Shown here piece by piece: positions 12,153 through 23,562 of a DNA stretch of 64,000 nt. The stretch comes from an uncultured Candidatus Peribacteria bacterium (GTDB lineage Bacteria > Patescibacteriota > Gracilibacteria > Absconditabacterales > Absconditicoccaceae): the NCBI GenBank assembly GCA_964563595.1, contig CAZLWR010000001.1, positions 9,857 to 73,856 on the forward strand. The letters run 5' to 3'. A program made the translations under genes and the position numbers. The notes beneath the pieces were generated by a model. The model was not told where the DNA came from. It saw only the letters and a list, made by a program, of their open reading frames with translations, and made no database searches. Position 1 is the first letter of the stretch. Every line of letters begins with the position of its first letter.

Positions 12153-12788
12153 TTACTTTTTCTTTGGAGTAGCTTTAGCAGTTACTTTCTTTGCAGCTGG
12201 TTTCTTAGCTACAACTTTTTTCTTAGCTGGAGCTTTTGCTTTTACTGCCGCTTTTTTTGGAGCAACTTTTTTCTTCACTACTGGTGATTTTTTAACTACT
12301 GCTTTAGCAGTTACTTTCTTTGCAGCTGGTTTCTTAGCTACAACTTTTTTCTTAGCTGGAGCTTTTGCTTTTACTGCCGCTTTTTTTGGAGCAACTTTTT
12401 TCTTCACTACTGGTGATTTTTTAACTACTGCTTTAGCAGTTACTTTCTTTGCAGCTGGTTTCTTAGCTACAACTTTTTTAGTACTAGTTTTGGCCATATC
12501 TTCAGTAAAATCTAAAACTACTTTGGTGAGCGGTTTAATTTTTTTGAGTATCTTTTTTCCAAGTTTGCTGAGATCATATTTATCTCCCTCCTTCTTCAGA
12601 ATATGCAAATCTAATAATTCTTTTATTTTTGTGGATACTAATTTGCTATTTATACCCAACTCTTTTTGTAGTTCTGTGTAAGATCTTGGTAATTTTCTCA
12701 CTAGACTCATAAGTTCTATAGACCGCTTTTTGCCTAGCGTATGCAATAGATCATACAACTTGTCTGTCTTCTTGGAAGTATCTGTCAT
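12153..12788 (-). CDS. winged-helix DNA-binding domain fused to a Lys/Ala-rich histone-H1-like tail
   Basis: This is an intact 211-aa ORF even under the standard code. The N-terminus (LGKKRSIELMSLVRKLPRSYTELQKELGINSKLVSTKIKELLDLHILKKEG) looks like a wHTH. The C-terminal half is KKxAAKK / PVVKKK repeats. Confidence 0.8.
   Translation of the reverse strand: MTDTSKKTDKLYDLLHTLGKKRSIELMSLVRKLPRSYTELQKELGINSKLVSTKIKELLDLHILKKEGDKYDLSKLGKKILKKIKPLTKVVLDFTEDMAKTSTKKVVAKKPAAKKVTAKAVVKKSPVVKKKVAPKKAAVKAKAPAKKKVVAKKPAAKKVTAKAVVKKSPVVKKKVAPKKAAVKAKAPAKKKVVAKKPAAKKVTAKATPKKK
12172..12478 (-). repeat. perfect 129-bp (43-codon) tandem repeat, about 2.4 copies, inside the H1-like tail
   Basis: GCTTTAGCAGTTACTTTC.. 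recurs at 12172, 12301 and 12430, and I saw no mismatch. Confidence 0.9.
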
Positions 12789-12914
12789 AAAAGAATGAAG
12801 AATATAAAATCAAAATAATATTTAGTATGAATGCATATTAGATAATCAGAAAACTTTCAATTGCAAGCAATTTTTTATATTTTTGTATTATAAGTAACTG
12901 CCGTTTGGTAGTTA

Positions 12915-15656
12915 CTACTGAGTAAGTAGAGATGCGATGACTTCGTCTTCTAATTCATTGGAAATATACTTTTCTATCGGTCTAGCACCGTACTGTGCAT
13001 TGTAGAGTTCTTTCACTTTTTCTTGTATCATTTCTTCACTGAAATTTGGAACCACTGCTAGTGGATTTGCTTTTCGTTGTTCTGCAAATTGTTTATAAAG
13101 TTTTTTGAAAATGTGTTCCAATTCAGTATGACTCAAGGGAGTAAATACTATTCTATGATCAATTCTATTGATGAGTTCTGGTGGCATGAAATCGTTGAGT
13201 TTCTCTAGTACAAGTTCTTTGGTGTGTTCAAATGCTGCTGCATCTGCTGCACTATCGTCTCCTGTATAATAGTTAAAACCAATTTGCTTACCTTGTTGTG
13301 AGAAATATTCAGAACCGATATTGCTTGTCATAACAATAATGGTATTTTTGAAATCAATGACTCTACCTTTACTATCTTTGAGTTGTCACTCATCTAATAT
13401 TTGAAGAAGTATATTGAGTATCGATCTGTCTGCTTTTTCTATTTCATCAAACAATAATACTGAATAAGGTTTGCGTCTTATTTGTTCATTAAGCGATCCA
13501 CCTTCGTCATATCATACATATCATGGTGCAGATCAGATTATTTTTGATAATGAGTACTTTTCCATATACTCAGACATATCAATCCTAATGAGAGATTTGG
13601 AATCGTGAAAATAATGTTCAGCAATAAGTTTTGCTATATATGTTTTACCAACTCCCGATGGTCACAAAAATAAAAATGATGCAATGGGTTTTTGTTTTGG
13701 TATGATAGATAATCTAGATTTTTGAATAGCTTTGATAACTTTTTCTACCGCTTCATTTTGTCAGAAGATATGTGTATCGAATGTTTCTCTCAAACTTACT
13801 AATTTTTCTATCTCTGATTCGCTAATAATATCTGTAGGTATACCAAGCTTATCGCTCAATACCTGTCCGATATCTCCAACATCTACTGTTGGTCTAAGGT
13901 GGGCTGGCATACTAGATTTTGATTTTAGATTTTTGATTTTAGTTTTTAAAACCAATTCTTGTTGCTTGAGTTCGGCAGCCTTGAAATAATCTTGATTGCT
14001 TACCGATTGTTCTATTTGTTTTTCTATAATTTTGAGTTCATCAGTAATAGTTCCGTATTCTTCATTGGTCTGTAACTTGGAAAGCAGTACTGATTTTCTT
14101 GCACAAGCTTCATCTATCAAGTCGATTGCCTTATCGGGTAGATGTTTATTGAGTATATATCTTGTAGATAACCCGACAGCATATTCGATAGCTGCAGGAC
14201 TTATATTTACATCATGGAAGTTCTCGAATCTTTCTTTGAGTCATTGTAAAATGGAAACAGCGTCGGTTGGCGTCGGCTCTTCCACGTTGATCTCTTGAAA
14301 TCTTCTTTTCAAAGCTGCATCTTTTTCAATATACTTTTGATATTCATCAAATGTTGTTGCTCCGATAAGTTTAATCTTGCCTCTTGCGAGCAATGGTTTG
14401 AGAGTATTTGAAGTTTCTCCTGCTTGTCCTTCATGTCCACCTGCTCACATAATTGTATGTATCTCATCGATAAACAAGATAATCTGATTGAGAGGATCAC
14501 TAGCTTCTTCCAACACTGATTTTAATCTTTGTTCAAACTCACCACGATACTTTGTGCCCGCGATCATACCGGCCATATCAAGGTTGATAATCTTATGATT
14601 CTTAAGCCTATCAGGTACATTTCCTTCGGCTATTCTTTGTGCTAGACCTTCAACAATAGCTGTCTTACCTACGCCGGCTTCACCGATCAACATAGGGCTA
14701 TTCTTGGTTTTTCTTAATAAGGTATAGATAATCTGATCTATTTCTCTTTCCCTTCCTATGACGGGGTCAAGAGTACCGAGACTGGCATCATTTGTCAGAT
14801 TATTTCAGAAATATTCGACTGTGAGTTTTTTAACAGGATCTTCCCCTTTTTCTTCTATATCAATGCTACTTTGGTGTTTACCTGTGCCGGACAATAACTC
14901 ATCTTCGTCAGTGTCAGCTGCAGAGGCAAATATAGGATTAATTCTTTTGTTGATAGGTGTTTTGTTCGCAACTGTTTCTTGTAAGATCTGCATAAGTTTG
15001 TTAATAAGAAGATAGAGTTGTTTGTTTATATCTCCTTCATCCTTATTTTGCAATCATTTGGCTGGTTCTGGTTCTATACTACTTGCCAATGCTTGTAACT
15101 CTAGGATATCCATCTTGCTAAGTTCTGAAATAGTGATACCATATTGATTCACTAGCTCTTGCAAGAGCTTGAATAGCTGTTTCGGTGCTATACGTAATGA
15201 CTCCATCCGCTGTATAGTCTGCGGTAGACTCTTTTGTATTTTCACTAAACCTATTTTATTTTTTATTCACCATTGTACAGTTGCTTCAGATATTGCTCTT
15301 ACTGCTATATGAAATAAACTGATCAGATTATCGGTTGTATTAATATTTGCTTCATGTAGTTGGTTTTGTAAGCTTGGGGTAAGTTGTAATTGCATGGTAA
15401 TTTGGTGTGGGATAGGCTGCTGGAGTCTATATATTTCATTTGCATAATTTATAAGCTGATCTACTTTTTTTAGTCAAACCATATCAAAAAATACTTCAGC
15501 ATAGGGTTGTGATTTGATAAAGTTAATGATACCAAAAAACAGTTCATCGCCATCAATGATTTGTTTGCCCGCAAATACTGTATACATACCAGCAGATGCG
15601 ATACAATTGAGATATTCTTTATCCGAGCTTCCTTGTATTCAAAATTGAAAATTCAT
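12915..15656 (-). CDS. clpC: ClpC/ClpB-type AAA+ chaperone ATPase (two nucleotide-binding domains)
   Basis: 913 codons, with all fragments in one frame. D1 Walker A is [17 protein letters not shown] and Walker B is [16 protein letters not shown]2 has ..[44 protein letters not shown]-like DYFKAAELK linker is present. Confidence 0.88.
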
Positions 15657-15937
15657 AGAGCATTAATGATAATAATTAAAGCTAAGACACATCGTGTACG
15701 CTATTAAGAACTATGGTTCATAGATCAAGATAGCACACAGGCTGTCTTGGTGCTATCATTATAATTAAGTATTTTATAATATCAAATAATATTTATTGAC
15801 TTGGAATAACGCAGATATGCTTGAAACCATGAGGGGAAAAATTATGAATTATAACATTTTCGAATTCTTCCCAAATCATATATAACTATATGTATGATAA
15901 TTCTGAAACTATAACATTTATTGTTATGATTGTGTTT

Positions 15938-16011
15938 CGGGAACTAGCTCAGATGGCTAGAGCGCGCGGTTTGGGACCGCGAGGTCGCGAGTTCGAGTCC
16001 CGCGTTCCCGA
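15938..16011 (+). tRNA. tRNA-Pro (anticodon TGG)
   Basis: Cloverleaf drawn by hand: acceptor CGGGAAC/GTTCCCG, anticodon stem CGCGG/CCGCG with loop TTTGGGA, and T-loop TTCGAGT. No CCA is encoded. Confidence 0.85.
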
Positions 16012-16017
16012 AATTAT

Positions 16018-16092
16018 GCCAAGGTAGCTCAGTTGGTAGAGCAGCTCGGCTTGTAGCCGAGTATATCGGTGGTTCGATTCCATCAATTGGTT
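16018..16092 (+). tRNA. atypical tRNA-like gene, anticodon TGT (Thr) if functional
   Basis: The first 27 nt are identical to the neighbouring tRNA-Phe. The anticodon arm is G-CTCGG/CTTGTAG/CCGAG-T (6-bp stem, or a 9-nt loop under standard numbering). The acceptor stem has G1-U72 plus two G-A mismatches at 6-67 and 7-66. Confidence 0.55.
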
Positions 16093-16111
16093 AGATTAGT
16101 TCTTATTTTTT

Positions 16112-16187
16112 GCCAAGGTAGCTCAGTTGGTAGAGCAGAGGCCTGAAAAGCCTTGTGTCGGTGGTTCGATTCCGCTCTTTGGCACCA
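16112..16187 (+). tRNA. tRNA-Phe (anticodon GAA), CCA encoded
   Basis: Acceptor GCCAAGG/CTTTGGC, anticodon loop CTGAAAA, T-loop TTCGATT, and a 3' ACCA. Confidence 0.9.
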
Positions 16188-16225
16188 CTTATTGATAAAT
16201 ACAATTAGATACTTAGATTGACGCA

Positions 16226-16492
16226 ATGGAAAAAATTATTGGATTGTTTGATGAGCTCACAAGAGTTAAAGAGGAAGTCTGACATGGCTTTGAGAAAGAC
16301 TCTAAGGCAGAACAAGTTGCATGGGCGTTGTTATGCGAAGCACAAACACAACATGGTCCATTGAAGATTTGGGCAGATTGTTTTATTGCAGAGAAAGTGT
16401 GGAATCCTACAGTAGTATTGAGTAGAATGGGAGAGGTAATCTTCTCGGTGATCAATCAAAGTGTTGATCCTCAGGATGTATCTATTCAATAA
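16226..16492 (+). CDS. small hypothetical protein (88 aa) embedded in the tRNA cluster
   Basis: ATG to TAA with one in-frame TGA. It fills the gap between tRNA-Phe and tRNA-Ile. The listed antisense ORFs here are shadows. Confidence 0.5.
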
Positions 16493-16510
16493 AGTCAAAA
16501 TACAATATAT

Positions 16511-16587
16511 GGTCATATAGCTCAGTTGGTTAGAGCGCGTCTCTGATAAGGACGAGGTCCATGGTTCAAGTCCATGTATGACCACCA
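16511..16587 (+). tRNA. tRNA-Ile (anticodon GAT), CCA encoded
   Basis: Acceptor GGTCATA/TATGACC, anticodon loop CTGATAA, T-arm CATGG-TTCAAGT-CCATG, and a 3' ACCA. Confidence 0.9.
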
Positions 16588-16747
16588 TTAAAACATTTTA
16601 CTTACTAAGATATAGTGAGTTTTTTTGTAAGTAAAACCATTGCAATTATCAGCAAGATTTCAGAGACTATAGAAAAGGCCCATATAACTATTGACAAAAT
16701 GAGTATAATATTTATCAAAAACTACTTTTATTCCTAATTCACTGCAT

Positions 16748-17065
16748 ATGCAAAATATTCCCGCAAATCATTATGAAGATGGTAAATGAATGCTTAGAAA
16801 ACTTAACTTAAATCCTATTTTGGCACATGCACTATGATGACTTACTTTGGTGTTGGGCGGCATGACTAATATAATTCACCAGGATGGTGTAATGGATGCA
16901 CTGAGAGAAGTTGTTACTGAACATCCAGAACTTAGTTCTCAACTTAATACATGATTATATATGCAGATATTGAATTTTGTTATCATGCTTGCATGAGCAG
17001 GCTTGATATTGTATGCTCCAGAACCAGCCAATAAGGTTAAAGAACCTGCAGAACAAGTGCAATAG
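16748..17065 (+). CDS. small hypothetical membrane protein
   Basis: 105 codons with 5 in-frame TGA and two hydrophobic segments (LTLVLGGM.., LNFVIMLA-G-AGLILY). Confidence 0.5.
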
Positions 17066-17434
17066 CTATTTTCGGATACGAAACTTTAATGTTCATTGTA
17101 TGCTCATATCCTCATCTTCCAGATTCTCATTATTTCGAGCATGTTCAAATCAAGTTTGTTCAATAATGACTCATTCATAAGTTTGCATTGCCGTGAATAG
17201 TGCATTAGCATAAGCTTTTTGTGCTGTTTTTCAAAATCATGTACTAATTTCTTCCGAGTGGAATCTGACGGGGTTTATTCTGTTGGGGATTATTTCTTCG
17301 CCAGTTGTGGCCCATAGCTTTTGTCCTGGTTTGTCCTCTAGATTATGATAGAGAGCACCTCATTGAAATCCTTGAATACATGCTGTATCTGTTACTTTTG
17401 GAATAATTCATCAAAATCTATCTAGTGAACTCAT
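17066..17434 (-). CDS. hypothetical protein
   Basis: A 123-codon minus frame free of TAA/TAG (checked) with about 10 in-frame TGA. Its stop abuts the stop of the convergent gene. Confidence 0.5.
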
Positions 17435-17601
17435 TTGTTTGTCATATTACAATTTAAATATAAGTGGAGTATTCATTATACAAGTAGTCTATTAAGTCAA
17501 TACTATACATATATAATCAAGAAAGGTAAGATGTGTTCCTATGTGCTTTATCTTGGTAAGAAGATACTTGTTTCACTGTCTTTTTTATATTGAATTTAAT
17601 A

Positions 17602-17629
17602 TTGACAGTTATGTATAAATACTTAGTAT
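17602..17629 (+). promoter_or_regulatory. sigma70-like promoter candidate upstream of the GC-rich thioredoxin-like gene
   Basis: TTGACA (17602..17607), 16-nt spacer, TAGTAT (17624..17629), about 70 nt upstream of ATG 17699. Confidence 0.4.
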
Positions 17630-17698
17630 ACTTTTGTCATCTTTTGACTTGGTACTATGGGTCTTACCAGCCATACAACATGAAAATCTATTGCCTTT

Positions 17699-18256
17699 AT
17701 GAACAAGAAATTATTTTTCGGAACCAGTGCCGTATTGAGTCTTTTAGCAACAGCCATCTTGTCCTTCCAGGTGTACGAACGTACTCATCTGGATGTGCCC
17801 AATCAGCACGTCATGGAGCTGGATGGAATTGAAGCCGTCGAATCAGCGTTTTCCGCCCAGAAGCCGATCTTTCTGAAGTTCGGTGCGGACTTCTGTCCGC
17901 CATGCCGGGCTATGGAGGCTAATATGAAGGCCGTCGCACCCTGGCACTGCGGGGACGTCATCCTCGCTACGGTTGATATCGTCGAACAACCAGAGCTGGC
18001 TTATGTTCTGGCTGACGAAATCGGGCTGGAACTGAATGCCATTCCGAAGCTCGTGGTGCTTTCGCCGGGCCAGGATTCGGCTTATGCCCCTGCGCTCATT
18101 CAAGGCGGCTTTGTTCGTTCGATTCCGGGCCTGGAATGGGAACTGCTGAAACTGGGGCACTTTTCGCCTCTGTATTATCTCTTATCGGCAGTGGTACTGT
18201 TTGGAGTCGGCATCTTCTGCATGTTCCGCTTCAGAAGCCTATCGGTAGTGGCATAG
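17699..18256 (+). CDS. membrane-anchored thioredoxin-like protein (CPPC active site), compositionally foreign
   Basis: This is an intact 185-aa ORF under any code (no TGA, no CGA), with FGADFCPPCRAME and N- and C-terminal hydrophobic segments. GC-rich third positions (ctg, gcc, ggc, ccg) contrast sharply with the flanks. Confidence 0.8.
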   Translation: MNKKLFFGTSAVLSLLATAILSFQVYERTHLDVPNQHVMELDGIEAVESAFSAQKPIFLKFGADFCPPCRAMEANMKAVAPWHCGDVILATVDIVEQPELAYVLADEIGLELNAIPKLVVLSPGQDSAYAPALIQGGFVRSIPGLEWELLKLGHFSPLYYLLSAVVLFGVGIFCMFRFRSLSVVA

Positions 18257-18484
18257 GTGCCGACATCCACATTATTATCAACTTTGTTAAGGTCTTCCTT
18301 TACGAAAAAAAGAGCTATGCTGGTTTACTGGTGTAGCCCTTTTTTAATCTTTTCGTAAGTCTCTTCACCTCTTTGACCAATCCACTACTTTCGCATAATC
18401 AGACTACTCTATATTGACTTATATATTAATATATGTATATAATATCAGATTATTTTCTTAATACTTTTAGACTAAATTAATTTA

Positions 18485-19600
18485 ATGTTTTTCCCAAAAA
18501 AAGAACCATCGAACCCATGAAGAATGCAGGCATGATTTTTGAATTATCCTATTTTTAATATTGAAAATATTTCTTTTGAGGACTTGATTCCTCTGAATGG
18601 ATACGATATATCTCTTAAAAAAACCTTTGATAAATCGGAACATGTTGATTGGTTTATGGATAAATCAGACTTGTTTCTGAAAAGAAAGCTTAAATGATAT
18701 GCATGAAAGTTCAAAACATATGTTATTTCCTCATTGAGCAGTACTAATAAATTTAGTTGATGATATAAAAACTGTCAGTGAATAATCTGAATCTGACAGA
18801 TGGGTTGCGGTAATGTTTCCTTCATGAGCCATCAATGTCCTAGTGAAATTCTTAGAGAGGACAAATATTGAAAACTCGAGTTAAATAAGCTCTGAGAAGA
18901 TTTTAAAAGTGACTTGATCCAAAGATTGAGAAGACTGAAATCTCAAGCAACAAACTTAGACATTGTACTATTTGGTTGAAACATATTCGATGTTTCAGAT
19001 AAAACCAATTATACGGGTTCAAAAAATCACCTCTACTACTATAAAGAATCTTTGAAATTATATGTTCGTTTGATTATTGAAGAAACATGAATTATTCCTA
19101 CAGTTATTGTATGACCCAACAAATTTAGTTGAAGCCAAGCATTTTTATTGGATACAAGCAATAGAAGACTCTATTGTACTAGATTTGATGGAAGTATTAA
19201 TAGAACTAACGAATGATTGATTCTGACCAATGATTGGGATAATGAAATAGAAATATACATTGATTTATTGTGTTGACGCATATCGTATCAGGATTATCAT
19301 GCATTTATGTATTCAAGGGAGATATTTAAATGATTTAAGGAATTAACAAAAGAAGATATACAGTCTAGTATTTTTTCTATCATAAAAAGTGCTCATTTCA
19401 ATGGATTAGATAACAATGAAATCGATTGACTGATAGCCTCCTTAAACTTAGGTGGTGACTTTTTTAAACTTTATACTCCATTACAATACAAAATACCTAT
19501 TGCGGAATATTACGAAATTATACTTCTTCTAGAGAAGTTATGATTGGAGAGGAGCTATTTTGTTTCCTTGATCAAAAAAAAATTAATTAATCAAAAATAG
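18485..19600 (+). CDS. hypothetical protein (371 aa) with about 20 in-frame UGA codons
   Basis: Frame 2 is open from ATG 18485 to TAG 19598..19600, which is invisible in the standard-code track. I recognised no family motif. Confidence 0.6.
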
Positions 19601-19633
19601 ACCCAAGACCTTTTTGAGAATATATTCTAATAG

Positions 19634-20503
19634 CTACTCCATAGCAAGCTTTGCTGCTGTGATTTCTGAAATTTCTTTGGTAATATTTGCTTGTCTCAGT
19701 TTGTTGAACTGTAGTGTCAAGGCACCTATAAACTTTGTACAGTTATCTTTTGCGTTTTTCATAGCAATCATGCGTCAAGCGTGTTCCGCGAGTTTGTTTT
19801 GTAAAACCATAGCGGTAATAAGGTAGTTCTTGACCTGTTTTTGTAATTCATTTGTTACTGCTTCAGCAGAAGGTTCTAGTAATTCAAATGACTTAGTGCT
19901 TGTTTGAGGCTTGAGTTCCACTCATACTTCTTGCAAGAATCATTCAATAGCCTCTTTGCCTAGCGGGCTAATGGTGAAGTGCGAAGCGGATTGAGTGAGA
20001 ATACTATGGAAAAAGCTGAATACAACATCTATTTGTTGATATTCTCATCCATGTTGCTCAATAAAAGTAAACAGGGGAGCTAGGTCAGATTGATGTATTT
20101 CATCTTTCAGATTCAAGTATCAGACTATAGTATATCCTGACCTTTTGCAGTACTCAAATCATTTTTTTCCTATCACAAATACATCAGTATTTTCTTTGTC
20201 ATATATAGTGCCTACCAGTTTGGTTATTTTGCTATTGAGGCCTCCGCAGAGTCACTTTTCTGAACTAGTTACGATAACGAGTGTTTTTCAACCACTATCT
20301 TTTTTGCTGGCATCATAAAGTTCTACCTTATTGGAAATATCAGAAATAAGCTGAGCAAGATCGAGAAAATATTGCTTTGCAGAAAGTACTTTTGCTTTAT
20401 TCTTCTGAAGTTTGATGGTTGAAATAATCTCCAAGGCTCTTGATATCTTTTTGAGATTTCCTGTAGATTTTATTTTAGTTTTGATGGATTTTAGAGATGG
20501 CAT
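19634..20503 (-). CDS. atpG: F-type ATP synthase gamma subunit
   Basis: [28 protein letters not shown].., TSSEK-G-LCGGLNS, and C-terminal ..[16 protein letters not shown]. The 290-codon frame was checked triplet by triplet. Confidence 0.85.
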
Positions 20504-20609
20504 AGAAATTTATATTGCTGAATAATAATTGTTTTATATAAAGGGAATATCTAAACTATAAGTAGTTATTTCCCACTTTGGTGCAAGGCAAACTAGCTTG
20601 GGCTTTTCT

Positions 20610-21035
20610 TTAGAACCTTTTCACTCCAATTTCCCCATTGATATTACCAATACTCTGAATAGGAATGCTTCTATCGTCTCAGGCTATTTTTATTTTTTCA
20701 TCAAAATCTTTATCGAATGATTTCAGAAGATCCACAAGTTCTAGTGCTTTTTCATGTCCTTCTTTGATACGGTGATAGTATCTGTAAAGCTCGCTACTAA
20801 TCTTCATGAGATCATCATTTTTTGTAATCAACTCTGTCACTTTTTCTTTCAGTAAGAAATTTTGTTGTTCATATTCTTTGAGATCCATCCCTTCTGACTG
20901 CATTTGATGTTGTAGGTCGAGAAGATTATTCCTGAGATCATCAACTAGTTTCCTATCTGCGTAGCGAAAGTAAAACACGATATAGCCTATTGCTACACCT
21001 AGAACAAGACCAATAAGAGCGAAGCTAAGTTCCAT
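20610..21035 (-). CDS. membrane-anchored coiled-coil hypothetical protein
   Basis: It has an N-terminal TM (FALIGLVLGVAIGYIVFYF) followed by heptad-like charged sequence, and it extends through one TGA. Confidence 0.6.
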
Positions 21036-21087
21036 AATACTATGGGGAAAGAGTTATAAATGAAGAGTAATAAGACAACTAAATAGT

Positions 21088-23028
<1,941 letters not shown>

Positions 23029-23119
23029 AGTGTCTATAAAAGTTATATCTTAAAGAGTAAGTAATATTAACAATATTCTGGTCAATAACAATTAGTAAAT
23101 TCCTTGCATAGGAGATGTA

Positions 23120-23506
23120 TTATTCTTTTTTGACAAAAAGTTTTTGTAATGAAATTTGCAACTTATTGCTGACTTGTTGCCAGTCGTTTTGTTCGAGCAG
23201 CTTATTCCATTCTTCAACTTTTGTTTTATGTGGTAGTGCAATAGTTTTGATAAATCACTTGTTATCAGTGGTAGTCTCTAGATAATTGTTTTTTTCTATT
23301 ATATCATAATATATTCTTTTCAGCTTATTTCTTCTATTAGATCTTTTGTGAAGCTTGGTAGATAATTGTATAGCAAACTGATTGTAGGAACGATTGGGAT
23401 ATTGAGCTATATGGAAAAATAAGAAATCCGCAGTACTAATCGTCTGTCTACGTTTCAGAATATAGTTCACATCTTTAGTGCTGAGGCGATGTTGTTTTTT
23501 GAGCAT
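23120..23506 (-). CDS. rnpA: ribonuclease P protein component
   Basis: MLKKQHRLSTKDVNYILKRRQ.. is the typical basic RnpA N-terminus. The gene extends through one TGA. Confidence 0.75.
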
Positions 23507-23562
23507 AATGAATAATTGGCGTCATAATAATATTCTCTTGGGGATATTCCTTATAGATTTTA

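Noticed and set aside
12172-12478. The regular 129-bp repeats could be a CRISPR-like array or a satellite.
   Set aside because: The units are directly adjacent with no spacers, and they lie inside an intact ORF encoding a Lys/Ala-rich tail. This is a coding tandem repeat.
15729-15757. A hairpin GATAGCAC..GTGCTATC upstream of clpC was considered as a CtsR/HrcA-type operator.
   Set aside because: It has no resemblance to the CtsR box (GGTCAAA repeat) or CIRCE. It is an isolated 8-bp stem with no T-run, which is insufficient evidence for any call.
17590-18336. Alternative ORFs lie within the GC-rich island (17590..17832, 17843..18160 antisense, 18136..18336).
   Set aside because: High GC suppresses stops in all frames. 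Only 17699..18256 has a coherent thioredoxin fold motif (CPPC) and signal/anchor architecture.
17440-18480. A mobile element could have carried the foreign thioredoxin gene.
   Set aside because: No transposase, integrase, inverted terminal repeats or target-site duplication could be identified at the borders. I kept it only as a compositional island.
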